DNA of 64,000 nucleotides from a bacterium. GTDB lineage: Bacteria > Electryoneota > Electryoneia > Electryoneales > Electryoneaceae. The number at the start of each line of letters is the position of its first letter. Positions within the stretch are counted from its first letter, which is position 1. Position numbers and translations under genes: made by a program. The notes under the pieces were generated by a model. The model had not been told where the DNA came from and made no database searches. It saw nothing but the letters and a program-made list of their open reading frames with translations. Positions 19,347 to 29,800 of the stretch are shown in pieces. The stretch spans positions 841,348 to 905,347 of the forward strand of contig OY769902.1 of the NCBI GenBank assembly GCA_963669175.1. Direction: 5' to 3'.

Positions 19347-20252
19347 ATGAGGAAAATGCTGTTTTTTGTTTTAATGACAATAGCAAGTGTGGTGAATATT
19401 GTACATTCACAAGAAATTGATGAATTGGATAAAGGAATCCTTTATTACAACATGGGACTAGATACTTTGGCTTACAAAAAACTATTGCCACTTGCAGAAG
19501 ATGGTAATGCTGTTGCACAATACTATGTTGCGACTATCTACCTTCATGACACTTTAGATATTAGTGATGAACAGAAGGCAATTTATTGGTATCATCAAGC
19601 AGCGGGAAATAACCATACTACTGCACAATATAATCTCGCTATCTTTTATACGCAAGGCAAACACGTTAATCAAGACTTTACTAAAGCACTTTATTGGGCA
19701 ATAAAAGCGTCTGATAATGGTGATTCTGATGCACAATACCTGGTAGGGTTGTTGTATGGTATGAAAACCGACAGTTCAAAGTCTTATGAATATTTTAAGC
19801 TTTCCGCTGAAGGAGGCCATGCTGATGCGCAGTATCGTTTAGGTTCATATTATGAGTCAGGTATAGGAGTTGAAGCTGACAATATTAAAGCATTAGAATG
19901 GTATCAAAAATCTGCTGACCAAGGAAACGTGGAAGCAAGCTATTGTTTAGGTCGATTTTACTTTACAGGTATTGGGGTTCCTCAAGATTTCATGCAAGCA
20001 GTAAAATGGTTTGAAATAGCTGCCGAACGCGGAGATAAAGATGCACAATTTGCATTAGGAGGTATCTATAAATATGGCTTTGGAGTTGAACAAGATAGAA
20101 CAATAGCATATATGTGGTTGAATTTAGCAGCCGCGCAAGGACATGGAGAGGCTATTGAGGAGCGTCAGGAACTATTATTAAGGATGACAAACGAGGAAAT
20201 CATTGAGGCTCAGCGTCTCTCCCGTGAATGGAAAGTGGAAACGGAAGACTGA
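19347..20252 (+). CDS. Sel1-repeat (TPR-like) secreted protein
   Basis: Signal peptide. At least 6 Sel1-like repeats (AQY.LG.[FY]Y..G.GV..D...A..W[YF].KAA..G). AT-rich relative to neighbours. Confidence 0.75.
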   Translation: MRKMLFFVLMTIASVVNIVHSQEIDELDKGILYYNMGLDTLAYKKLLPLAEDGNAVAQYYVATIYLHDTLDISDEQKAIYWYHQAAGNNHTTAQYNLAIFYTQGKHVNQDFTKALYWAIKASDNGDSDAQYLVGLLYGMKTDSSKSYEYFKLSAEGGHADAQYRLGSYYESGIGVEADNIKALEWYQKSADQGNVEASYCLGRFYFTGIGVPQDFMQAVKWFEIAAERGDKDAQFALGGIYKYGFGVEQDRTIAYMWLNLAAAQGHGEAIEERQELLLRMTNEEIIEAQRLSREWKVETED

Positions 20253-20585
20253 TATTGCATATCGCGGGCACCGAATCATAATACCCAAGCACAGCCAATG
20301 CCCCCCCCACTTGCCTTGCACCCCCGTCACCCTGTCATTCGAGGGTGAAGTTCGCACCAATCTACAGCCTTAGCTACATAGTTGCGGCATGGCTCCCGCT
20401 ATCGCACCTCATAGAATCCATCCTGAGGCGCGTAGACCGCCTGTGGCGCGGTTTTCTCCACCTTGGCAAGGGTCAAGGCCATTGAGAAAGAAAACGCCTT
20501 TCTGGTGGGGAATATGGTGGGGAAGCAAAAAAGCGGCTCCAGGAGAACCGCTTTCAAGAAAGATGTAAACAGCTATTTTACAACT

Positions 20586-20660
20586 TGGTAGCGCGTACGG
20601 GAATCGAACCCGTGTTTCCGGCGTGAGAGGCCAGCGTCCTGACCGCTGAACGAACGCGCC
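20586..20660 (-). tRNA. tRNA-Glu (anticodon CUC), 75 nt with encoded CCA
   Basis: Manually folded. Acceptor GGCGCGU/ACGCGCU, D-arm GUUC/GGAC, anticodon stem CUGGC/GCCGG with loop CUCUCAC, T-arm ACGGG-UUCGAUU-CCCGU. Confidence 0.85.
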
Positions 20661-20761
20661 ATAGTGGAGTCAAAAATACATGCTTGATGACAGTAAATCA
20701 ACCGCTTCGCTCTGGCGAGAGACTCTCTCTCCTGAGTTTGAAAGTTGGCAAGTTTGAAAGT

Positions 20762-21103
20762 TGAAAAGTTAGGCTGCTCACAAGAATTTGTACATACAAT
20801 CGACGAGCACGTTTCGTCAGGTCTTGACACGATACCTTTTTCTTGTTTTTTACCGCAATTGCAGACACCTGTCCGACTTTACGCCTGCAATTTTACATGA
20901 TAGTTCGTCGTCAGGCATCGTGTTATAACCTGACGACTGCGAGAATGCTGATATCGGTGGCAGGTCACAACGCGACAAAAACAGGGCGAGAGGCGGTTTC
21001 TGTATCATCGTTATTCAGGAAAACATTGCTAAAGCCGAAGACAGAATGTCGCGTCAAGACCTGCCACAACATTGCCCGGATGCACAAATTCTTGTGAGGA
21101 ACC
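20762..21103. repeat. MITE-A complete copy (342 bp, TIR CTCACAAGAATTTGT, 8-bp TSD AAAAGTTA)
   Basis: Imperfect ~50-bp TIRs. TSD at 20754-20761 and 21104-21111. Inserted inside an array of GAAAGTT octamers. Confidence 0.65.
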
Positions 21104-21400
21104 AAAAGTTAGAAAGTTCAAAAGTTACCTATCCTTATCGTCCTACTACCTGAAAAATTGTTACCTTCCCGACTTGCTGCCAGATATTGTTATTCTGCGA
21201 AACTTCTCTTCCATAACATTCCCCTGTTTTGGAATCAGAGAACATCACAGGCAAATCGGGCCATGCCTCACTGGAGTTGGAAAGTTACAAAGCTTGAAAG
21301 TTCTAAAGTTATTTGAATGATTGCATAGAATACGGTCATAAATCAGGTTTCAGACATGGCATAATGTCAGTAACCATTCACTCTTTTCATCATTCTTTCA

Positions 21401-21440
21401 TCCTTGACATCCTTACTATCCTGTTCATCCTGTAAATTCT
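21401..21440 (+). promoter_or_regulatory. conserved 40-bp motif TTGACATCCT..CATCCTGTAAAT (promoter-like), copy 1
   Basis: Near-identical to 53448-53490 upstream of ribD. Contains TTGACA. Confidence 0.25.
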
Positions 21441-21480
21441 TGTGCAACGTCCGGAATTACTAATTCCTCATTTCTAATTC

Positions 21481-22248
21481 CTAATTGTTTTTCGCCGGTG
21501 GATTCGCCCAGTTTTCCGGTGGTTCGGTGGCGAATTTCGGGGTCCAGTGCGGCGCTTTGTTCAGCCATTTGCAGACAATGATATACACGGTCTGGAAGAT
21601 CAGCGTCCAGTCGTAGATAAAGCTCATGTTCCGGACATAGTGCATATCGGCCAGCAGTTTGGGACGCAACAGGTAACGCACGTAATACTCTTCCGGGTTC
21701 ATATCGTCGGGCGGTTCGAGATGCTCATGGAACACGTAATACAGCAGGTTCCCGGTGCAGGTCAGGCCGGGACGCGCATCGAACAGTTCACGATATTCAT
21801 CGGTGTAGTGATCTTCCACGATATTCACCGATTCTGGACGCGGACCAACGACTGACATATCGCCACGGATAATGTTCCACAGTTGTGGGAGTTCATCAAT
21901 CTTGGTAGCGCGAAGCAGTTTGCCGATGGGAGTGATGCGTGAATCATGCCCTGCGGTAATGGTGGCGTGTTTATCGGCATCGACCACCATGGTGCGGAAT
22001 TTTAAAGTATCGAATATTTCACCGTGTGTGCCGATACGTGGGGCGTGATACAATACCGGCCCTTTCGAGGTTAGTTTGATTGCGATAACAGCCACTCCCA
22101 TAACCGGGCTCAGCACGACCAACGCCAGACCGGCGAGACATGTGTCCATGACACGCTTGACCGGTGCGTAATAACGTCCGCGCAAAAGCAACAGGGCGCC
22201 TACCAGACCCCCAGCGCCAGCCCACCACCCCCAAGAACTTCTTTTCAT
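21481..22248 (-). CDS. polyprenyl-phosphate sugar transferase (bacterial sugar transferase / WbaP-type C-terminal domain)
   Basis: 255 aa. N-terminal TM, then the VVGPRPE signature (MSVVGPRPESVN). Confidence 0.8.
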   Translation of the reverse strand: MKRSSWGWWAGAGGLVGALLLLRGRYYAPVKRVMDTCLAGLALVVLSPVMGVAVIAIKLTSKGPVLYHAPRIGTHGEIFDTLKFRTMVVDADKHATITAGHDSRITPIGKLLRATKIDELPQLWNIIRGDMSVVGPRPESVNIVEDHYTDEYRELFDARPGLTCTGNLLYYVFHEHLEPPDDMNPEEYYVRYLLRPKLLADMHYVRNMSFIYDWTLIFQTVYIIVCKWLNKAPHWTPKFATEPPENWANPPAKNN

Positions 22249-23204
22249 GGTTTTGCCTTCTGCTTTCGTGCCTCTTTAACCTTATCCGCCAGGTTCAATA
22301 CCGCGCTGACGTAATCTTCGCTGTGATTGTAATGCCACACCGCCTTGCGACGCTTCTTCTCGTTGTCTACACGGTAGCCATGCAGACTCAGGTAATTTGC
22401 AATCGAGGCAATAGCATCTTCAAGATGGTAAAGATTGGTTGTGGCATCAGCATTTCCGTCACGAGCATAGGTCTGAAATGAAGATGGCAGGAACTGCGCC
22501 AGGCCAAACGCGCCCGCCCAGCTCCCGCGTACTTCCAACGGGTCCATCTTTCCCTGTGATGACATTTCGATCAGGATTTTCAATTCCTTGTACGCCCAAT
22601 CAGCCTTGCGTTTTTTACGACGGTTTACCTTACGAACAGTCTCGACTTTTTCCGCCGGATCGACCTCTTCCAGCACATGGCTCCAGAACTGGGGCGCAAG
22701 GGTTTCAAGCTGATCAGAATCCAGCAGGGTGAGAGTAGCAAAGACATTCATCAGGGGAAAACGTCCCGGGTATTCCCCGAAATTACTTTCGATACGCAAT
22801 ACCGCGGCAACCACTTCCGGTTCGACACGGCTGTCGCCCAGGACAGTGATGAATACGTCTTCGTGTTCTTCAAGGAAAATGCGGGTCCGTTCAACAGACG
22901 CCGGTTCAGTGAATTTCAAGTAAACATTGGTTACATCCGGTTGACGGATATTCATTTTCAACAGTTCGGGGATCAGCTCGAACCGTTCATCTTCGAAAAG
23001 CCGGTTAACTGTTGCCGGTGGCAGGCCGTCAGCGATCAGGCGCTTACGTAACGGGGAAAAATCCGCTTCCGGGGTTGCTGCAATGGAGGGTAATGCCATT
23101 GCAAGGAAGACCGTGCAGGCGAAAAACAGCTTCAGGAAACATCTGGGGGCAGACATGACAACAACTCCTGGTACGATTATAAACGCTTCATAGTATACTG
23201 GCAA
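22245..23204 (-). CDS. lytic murein transglycosylase (MltB-like)
   Basis: Signal peptide. C-terminal SWAGAFGLAQFLPSSF...YN.S..Y motif typical of MltB family. Confidence 0.75.
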   Translation of the reverse strand: MPVYYEAFIIVPGVVVMSAPRCFLKLFFACTVFLAMALPSIAATPEADFSPLRKRLIADGLPPATVNRLFEDERFELIPELLKMNIRQPDVTNVYLKFTEPASVERTRIFLEEHEDVFITVLGDSRVEPEVVAAVLRIESNFGEYPGRFPLMNVFATLTLLDSDQLETLAPQFWSHVLEEVDPAEKVETVRKVNRRKKRKADWAYKELKILIEMSSQGKMDPLEVRGSWAGAFGLAQFLPSSFQTYARDGNADATTNLYHLEDAIASIANYLSLHGYRVDNEKKRRKAVWHYNHSEDYVSAVLNLADKVKEARKQKAKP

Positions 23205-23223
23205 ATCCTTGACCTCAGTTCCA

Positions 23224-24285
23224 CTAGTCCACGATTAATTCCTTTGGCCCCTGAGCCAGCCAACGATTGTATTTCTCCAGCAGAATCATCACTGCACGCA
23301 TGACAATCTGGAAACCACGGCGCGCTGTGACTTTTGGCGCTTCGGGACGCTTGACCACGCCATGCACAATGCGGTTACGGAAGTCGGTCAGGTCTTTCAG
23401 GTGATCGCCGAATTCGACCGGCCAGTCGCCCAGGTTGGCGCTGAGGAGCTTCAGTTTGGCGCGTTTTTCATTCATGCCCGGACGACGTCCCACCCGGCGA
23501 ATAATCGGGTAATCAATTCCCAGCCGGTCCAGGATATGATCATAGAAGAAATCCAGCGCGATCAGCAGCATCACAACTGCCGCCAGCTCTTCCTCCTTAC
23601 GAACCAGGTCTGCCGCGTTCTGCAGGTAACTCAACCAAAGCGGCTTTTCATAATCACCGGTTTCTCCGATAGCCATCCACATCAGCTTGAGGGGGTGGGC
23701 ATCCTGTTCCGGGGCGAGGGTTCGAGTGAAAAATACAACACTGGTTTTACTGGTTGACAGGGGAAACGCAATCTGGTTGTTCAGGATAAGCTCAGGCAGG
23801 GTTTTTCCGCCCGGCATCAGGAAAAAGACATCCGGTTCCTTGTTGTAACGGATACCAAAGTCCACACTGACCAACTCGTTTGGAGGCAGGGTAACCTCAC
23901 CGCCTACGGAATATCCTGGTACCAACGGGATCGGGTGAACATCATCAACAAAAATTTCGATGTGCGCCTTGTAATTGTTCAGGTAACCGTCCACATAGAG
24001 AAACGTGTGACCGCAACTGGTGCAGGTTACCTGCATATCCAGGCTTTCGCAGTTATGTTCCCACTGATATTCGCAATTCGGGCAGCGAACAAGCTGAATT
24101 GCCAGCGCAACAGGCCCTGCAGGCCGGACCGGTTCGGCAGCGTTCTGAACCTGTTCTGCTACCTGTTCACGGTTTGAAGGTGTTGACGAACCGTTGGATT
24201 CAACAGGATGTTCCTGCAACATAACCTTAGTTCCTCTCCCGTTTGCCGACCGAATTGAAGCGTATTTGAATCCCCAGGCTGCCAT
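23224..24285 (-). CDS. hypothetical protein with N-terminal zinc ribbon and C-terminal HEPN-like R-x4-H motif
   Basis: CPNCEYQW...CTSCGHTF (2xCxxC). One TM segment. C-terminal helical region with FRNRIVHG. Start probably ATG at 24222 (MLQEH), which avoids overlap with the upstream gene. Confidence 0.5.
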   Translation of the reverse strand: MAAWGFKYASIRSANGRGTKVMLQEHPVESNGSSTPSNREQVAEQVQNAAEPVRPAGPVALAIQLVRCPNCEYQWEHNCESLDMQVTCTSCGHTFLYVDGYLNNYKAHIEIFVDDVHPIPLVPGYSVGGEVTLPPNELVSVDFGIRYNKEPDVFFLMPGGKTLPELILNNQIAFPLSTSKTSVVFFTRTLAPEQDAHPLKLMWMAIGETGDYEKPLWLSYLQNAADLVRKEEELAAVVMLLIALDFFYDHILDRLGIDYPIIRRVGRRPGMNEKRAKLKLLSANLGDWPVEFGDHLKDLTDFRNRIVHGVVKRPEAPKVTARRGFQIVMRAVMILLEKYNRWLAQGPKELIVD

Positions 24286-25963
24286 TCCGGGTGGTTTCAG
24301 AGGGCGTTTCCAAAGTACGTGCGAATTGGGCTCGGGTCCAGCCCTCTACCGTACGGAACACACGGAAAGTAATTGTTGCACTGCCATACAGTCCTTCCGT
24401 TCCTACCTGCCGGAACGGGAACAAGCCGGGAATAAACGGTTCAATCAGGGTTACAGTAGCGCCGTTGTCAAACTGACGAACCCAGCCTATTTGCACTGCG
24501 CCGTGAACAGCCGGGTTAATATCGGTCTGGAAATAGCCCGCCAATAGTTCCCCGTCCCCGTTATCTTCCCAGGTATGTTCATAGCGTAGTCCTTTACGAA
24601 TGGCATCCATCTCATGATAGGTATGCGCCCGAAAACTTCGGCGACGGTCAGATGTATCCTGCTCATACACATTTCCCAACGAACCACGCACATCGAGATG
24701 CCATCGTTCGTTTATTGGGCCAGAAGCATACAGACGTATCCCGTTGCGGTGTTGACTGTCATTGCCCCCGATCGGCTCACGATGCTCGCCTGCCCACCAG
24801 CCGCCGACAAGCCAGCGATGGAAAGAGGTTTCCAACCCGGTATAAAGACCGCTACGTCCTGCGGGGTCATCGCCGAAAGGCAGAAACGGCCGTGCATGCA
24901 GAGGTTGAAAGGTGATTGTAGCACGGTAGACCATTGCAATCAGGGACAGGTTTAGAAAAGAGCGTTGCAGGATACCAGCTCCACCCCAGGCATCGTTATC
25001 CAGGTGAGTGATTTCTCCTGAAAAAGCCCAGATTTTGTTTTGCCACAAGCGTCCATCCACTCCGAAGCTGCGTATTGTCCGGCGTGAATCACCATAACGA
25101 AAACGAGATGCCAGCCCGTCGGATGCCAGCGGAGTATCCCATCGCGATATCCACCCGGTAGCGCCAAGTTGGAATAATGTGCCTGTGTTGTTGTTATCGG
25201 CAAGCGTTTCCCAGGCTATATGAGCCCCAGTATGGGACTCGCCCAGGTTAAGACTGTTATCGGTGCGTGAACCGGTGTGATCACCCTGGGTACTATAGGG
25301 CAGCGGACCATCCGAACCCTCACGCGCGTCATAGAAAGATCTTCCGGCCCAAAAAGATGTGTTAAGGGAACGATAATGATAGTCAAATCCGCCACCCTGC
25401 CAGCCTCGCCCCTCTTCACCGGAACGGTTGGCAGAAATTCCAGCAGTCCGGTTTTGTGAAGGACTCAGGGAAGCGTAGCTGGCAGGCAAAGAAGGCGAGC
25501 TGCGTATGGTCCAACCTAATCCCTGGTTTGCCTGGAAGCTGCCGAGCACGAGGGTTTGGTTGTCGGTAGCATGCTCCAGGTAAATGCGATACAGGTCTGT
25601 GAAGCTTCTTTCGTTGGCATCCCGTGCAGTCAATCCTCCAATACCCCACTCTTCTGAACGAACATCCAGGCGATTCCACAATGAAGGAGTATTGCCGGTT
25701 TCGATGTTTCGGTATCGTCCCTGGAGCTGGATGAAGAATGGGCGGCCGGTTGTGAGGGATGTGGTTGGGGTGTTTGGTGAAAAAGTTGATCCATCACCCG
25801 ACAATGACAATTGGTCCAACCAGGATTGACCGGATACCAGGGAAGCGTTTTCCAGCAGACGTACCAAGCTGTCCGGATAAACCTCCGCACTTGGGCTGGG
25901 AATTGGGCAAGCTGCTGTCAGTATGCCTGTGACAAGGATATGTATCAGTCTATTCCCTTGCAT
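24227..25963 (-). CDS. hypothetical secreted protein, possible outer-membrane beta-barrel
   Basis: Signal peptide. W/Y/G-rich alternating composition. No recognisable catalytic motif. Confidence 0.45.
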   Translation of the reverse strand: MQGNRLIHILVTGILTAACPIPSPSAEVYPDSLVRLLENASLVSGQSWLDQLSLSGDGSTFSPNTPTTSLTTGRPFFIQLQGRYRNIETGNTPSLWNRLDVRSEEWGIGGLTARDANERSFTDLYRIYLEHATDNQTLVLGSFQANQGLGWTIRSSPSLPASYASLSPSQNRTAGISANRSGEEGRGWQGGGFDYHYRSLNTSFWAGRSFYDAREGSDGPLPYSTQGDHTGSRTDNSLNLGESHTGAHIAWETLADNNNTGTLFQLGATGWISRWDTPLASDGLASRFRYGDSRRTIRSFGVDGRLWQNKIWAFSGEITHLDNDAWGGAGILQRSFLNLSLIAMVYRATITFQPLHARPFLPFGDDPAGRSGLYTGLETSFHRWLVGGWWAGEHREPIGGNDSQHRNGIRLYASGPINERWHLDVRGSLGNVYEQDTSDRRRSFRAHTYHEMDAIRKGLRYEHTWEDNGDGELLAGYFQTDINPAVHGAVQIGWVRQFDNGATVTLIEPFIPGLFPFRQVGTEGLYGSATITFRVFRTVEGWTRAQFARTLETPSETTRNGSLGIQIRFNSVGKRERN

Positions 25964-26768
25964 GGCGCGGTTCCCAGTTAAGTTGATAGGATTGGGACCA
26001 GCCCAGGCAAGGGTGGTGATCGTAGCCTGTGTTTGCGGAGAAAGTAGCCCAGGCCAGGTTACATCCGATCAGGATACGTCTGGCGCCAGTATCATAGCCG
26101 GTGAAAAGCCTGATAGACTCCCAAACCGGAATGGATATAGCGGTAAACCATGCTGGTGGGAAGCTCTCTTCAAATACAACATTGCCCGTAAGCGAAAATG
26201 ATTTCGAGACTTGCCAGTTTGCATGCAGCAACAGTGTTTTTTCAGGAGTTCCGTCGAAGCGATCCATTTTACTCGAAAAAAGGTTTTTGCCGGATAATCC
26301 TGCTGAAACGGGAAAGCAATGATAGATTACACCGGCGTGGACACGCCAAACATGGTCGCTCCCGTAATTTTTTATCTGCACCTGGCCCCAGTCAACAGCT
26401 ATTCCGGAAGCGACATTTGAAGTGATCAAGCCGCCAGCATGAATCCCGCATTCTCGTTCTGTGTATAGAGTACGACCAAAACCTGAAATGTGTATTCCAA
26501 TCCCATAATTGCCAACAGGAACACAGCCGGACATGACGAAATGATCCAGTTCCTGCAAACCGAATTTACGGGCATATCCGGCCCCTATTGAAGGGTGCTT
26601 TTGGAATGGAAGAAAGGCAGGATTTGCAAGGAAAGAAGAACCAGAGAGTGCAATTGAACCCGAATATTTTAACCAGGTTACTTGATGGTTAAAGGCTGCA
26701 TGAGTTATTCCTGATCCCCAGAAAAGGATCAGAATAGCCAGACAATAGGGTAGTGTGGTACGTTTCAT
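25950..26768 (-). CDS. hypothetical secreted protein, possible outer-membrane beta-barrel
   Basis: Signal peptide MKRTTLPYCLAILILFWGSGITHA. Beta-rich composition. Confidence 0.45.
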   Translation of the reverse strand: MKRTTLPYCLAILILFWGSGITHAAFNHQVTWLKYSGSIALSGSSFLANPAFLPFQKHPSIGAGYARKFGLQELDHFVMSGCVPVGNYGIGIHISGFGRTLYTERECGIHAGGLITSNVASGIAVDWGQVQIKNYGSDHVWRVHAGVIYHCFPVSAGLSGKNLFSSKMDRFDGTPEKTLLLHANWQVSKSFSLTGNVVFEESFPPAWFTAISIPVWESIRLFTGYDTGARRILIGCNLAWATFSANTGYDHHPCLGWSQSYQLNWEPRHARE

Positions 26769-26806
26769 GAGCCCAAGCGCTGAATGAAAGTGCTAATAAT
26801 CTATAA

Positions 26807-29800
26807 TCAGGTCGTGTCCGTATGCTGGTTAAAGGTTTGTTCTGTTTGTGCTGAAACGGGATTTCCGGCAGAATCCAGGAATACATTCAAGTCCAGGATC
26901 CGGATGCCTTCAACATAATTGATTTCTTTGATTTCTCTAAGCTTTAAGAGAGTATTTACCAAGTTTTTCATTCTTTCAACTTGTGCGGGAATTCGTTGGA
27001 TCATACGTTCACGCACATCTTCAGACGCTTGTGGCATATTATAAAGATCGGAAGCGCCCTTGATAATTGCCAGTGGATTGTTGAATTCGTGTGCAATTGT
27101 TGCGGCAAGTTGGTGTGCTGTTTTCAATCTTGCCATTTCTATTTCAAGTTCACGTTGCTGTTTCTTTCTTGCCTGGGTGATTCGCCAGCGGATAAACAAC
27201 AGCACAAAAAATACGACAACGATCCCTACGAAGATGAAAAAGGCTGAAGTTTCATAAAAGTAGGCCGGAACGACCAGTATTATTGGTGTAAGCATGACTC
27301 GTTTCTGCCCCAACCCATTCCAGGCGTTTACCTGAAACTCGTGTTTTCCCGGTGTGAGGTTGGTATAAAACACATGGTTGCGGTGGGTTGGTATTCTGAA
27401 ATGGTCATCGAGTCCGGACAGGCGCCAGGAATACCTGTTTCTGCCCGGGTTCAGAAAATCAGGGAATCCAAGATTGATTTCGATTCTCCGTTTCCCCAAG
27501 GGCAGTGACACAAATTCGCTGACCGGGATACGTGTTGAATCCGAATAGATTGAGGCAACAAACGGCATATCGCCAGGTAGAAGCGAAGAAATCAGCTTGT
27601 TGGTGTTGAAGATAAAAAAGCCGTTAGGTTGCACCACCGCAAGTCTTTCATCTTGCATGACAACCATTTCATTGATCCTGGTTTCCGGCAAACCAAAGTA
27701 TCGATTTAACAAGATTTGCAAGGAATCGCAGGTAATAAAAAGCCCATGCGAAGTTGCGTAAAAACTGTTGCCTGTTTCATCCTGGTATAATTGAAAGGTA
27801 GTGGCGTCTTCAGGTGTCGGATCACGTAAAACTTCAAGTGAATCCTTCGTTATTTTAACAATTCCCGTATCAAAAATAAAATACAGATCACCATTCGGGT
27901 GACGGAATGCAGATTGAACATTATCATCGGGCAACCCATCACGGTGATCAAAAACCTGCACTGAATCACCGTTGGCAATTTCAGACGAATCTGTAGCAAT
28001 GCGCATCAAACCTGCCGCGAAGGTGCCGAACCAGTATGCGCCGTCCGGTCCGATTTCACTACACACGGCAGCGGGTTCGCGCAAGTGCATATCGTAGGGA
28101 AGCCATGTGGCCGCGAGGTAGTCTTCTCTAAGGGTATGGCGACTGAATTTGTCCATGGTACCGAATCGCCGTTCAGCATCCCCATATACCCAGAAATGGC
28201 CATCTTTTATTCTAACGGTATATACCCAGCCACTTATAAAAACACTGTTGTCCTCGGTGGCAAGTATGGTTAATGGATAGGAGAACCACACCGATTCTTC
28301 CGCAAGAACACGAAGTATTTTCCCATCCCAGCGATAGAGTTTTCCGGATAATGCCGTAACCAGGCTTCCATCGGGTGCGGTAGAAATGTAAAAACGTCCT
28401 GGATGTGGTGGAAGGACCGGGGTTAGCGGGCGCATCTTCCCGTCAGCAATAGTAAGAAGGTATAACCGGTTAATTGTGGATATCAGCACATTGTTGTTTC
28501 TATCCAGGGCAAAAGCCCGGACAAGTTGTTCATTGGACAGGGCCTCTGAAATAACGCGCAACTTGCCGTCTTGAAACAGGGTTATTCCCAGTTCGCCAGA
28601 GAATATCAACCCTCCATCCGGAAGAGCAATACTGTTGCTGATATTATGTAAAGCCGGAAAATCATTTTCTGAATACACATCCAAGAGGGTGGTTGTAAGA
28701 CGTGATATCAAACCATTTCCATCCACCAACCACAGTGTTCCGGAATGATCAATCATACCAGTCAGTATTACATTAGAGGGTAAACCTCTCGAATGGTCCA
28801 GCAGATTCCATTCTTCATCCTGTTGCTGAAACACACCAGATTCTGTCAACAGAAAAAGCTTATTGCCAGGTAAAAGAATAATCTGGTTTAAAACAGTGGT
28901 CCCAAGTCTTTTTGCCATTGGTGATATTTTCATGTTGCCATCTACCAATTGGTAGATAACGTGGTGATTCCAGGCATAGATAGTTCCGTTTTCAGAAATG
29001 GCCAAGTCTCGGAATTCTTTCAAACCGGTTGCCATGAATTCGGTGGGAATATTCTTGACAGCGCTGTTCCAGAGCTCAAGCCTTCGTTCCGATTCCGAGA
29101 TTCTATATGCAGATAGCGCGATGGGCCTGCAATCATCCGGGTGGGGAAAATGGTATGGTTTAAAGACCAGCGAGTCATAATGGGGACACAACTCATGTTT
29201 TTCAACGCTCTCGTTGATATCAAGCAAGCACTTCAGCGAATCAACATCAATCCGAAACAATCCATGTCGTTCAGTTGCAGCCCAGACGACATTTTCCGAT
29301 GGATTTCTTGCGAGGGCATGCGCCATTGTTTCCATGTGTTCCTGACGCGTACTGTCATAGAAGGCTATATAATGAGTGTGTTCTTTATAAGAAGCTAAAA
29401 CGCCAGCATTGGTTGCCAGCAAAGTAACATCATCAACACGAATAATATCTCGAATGGTTCTGTCTTGAAGGGGAATAGGTTCTGAAAGGTTTCCCGTTGT
29501 AAAATCATAAAGCCTTAGCCCGCGAAACGTACAGAAATACATTTTTGTTGGGGAATACTCAACTACTTTGTAGACATAATTATCAGGTAATCCATCCCTT
29601 ACAGTCAGTTTTTCAAATTGAATTCCATCATAGAAAGAAACGCCCTCATTTCCCCAGAACCATATGATACCGCGACTGTCCTGCATCATGCCCAGAACAT
29701 CACCAATGTTGGGGGTCTCGTCTTCACTGAAAGAAAAAATCGGGTAACTGTAGGAAGCTGACGGAGATGAGGCTGATGCCATACCTGGAAGTATTGCAAC

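Larger units (their letters stand above)
13345..20633 (+). mobile_element. integrative element (P4-like satellite / integrative mobilisable island) inserted in tRNA-Glu, 7.3 kb
   Basis: Bounded by 48-bp direct repeats of the tRNA 3' end. Contains int, an AlpA-like gene, a P4-type primase-helicase, candidate ori iterons and three cargo genes. Confidence 0.8.

Noticed and set aside
20573-20830. 85-aa ORF MSRPDETC...[19 protein letters not shown]
   Set aside because: It reads through the tRNA-Glu gene; the same tRNA-derived peptide appears in the hsdR ORF extension.
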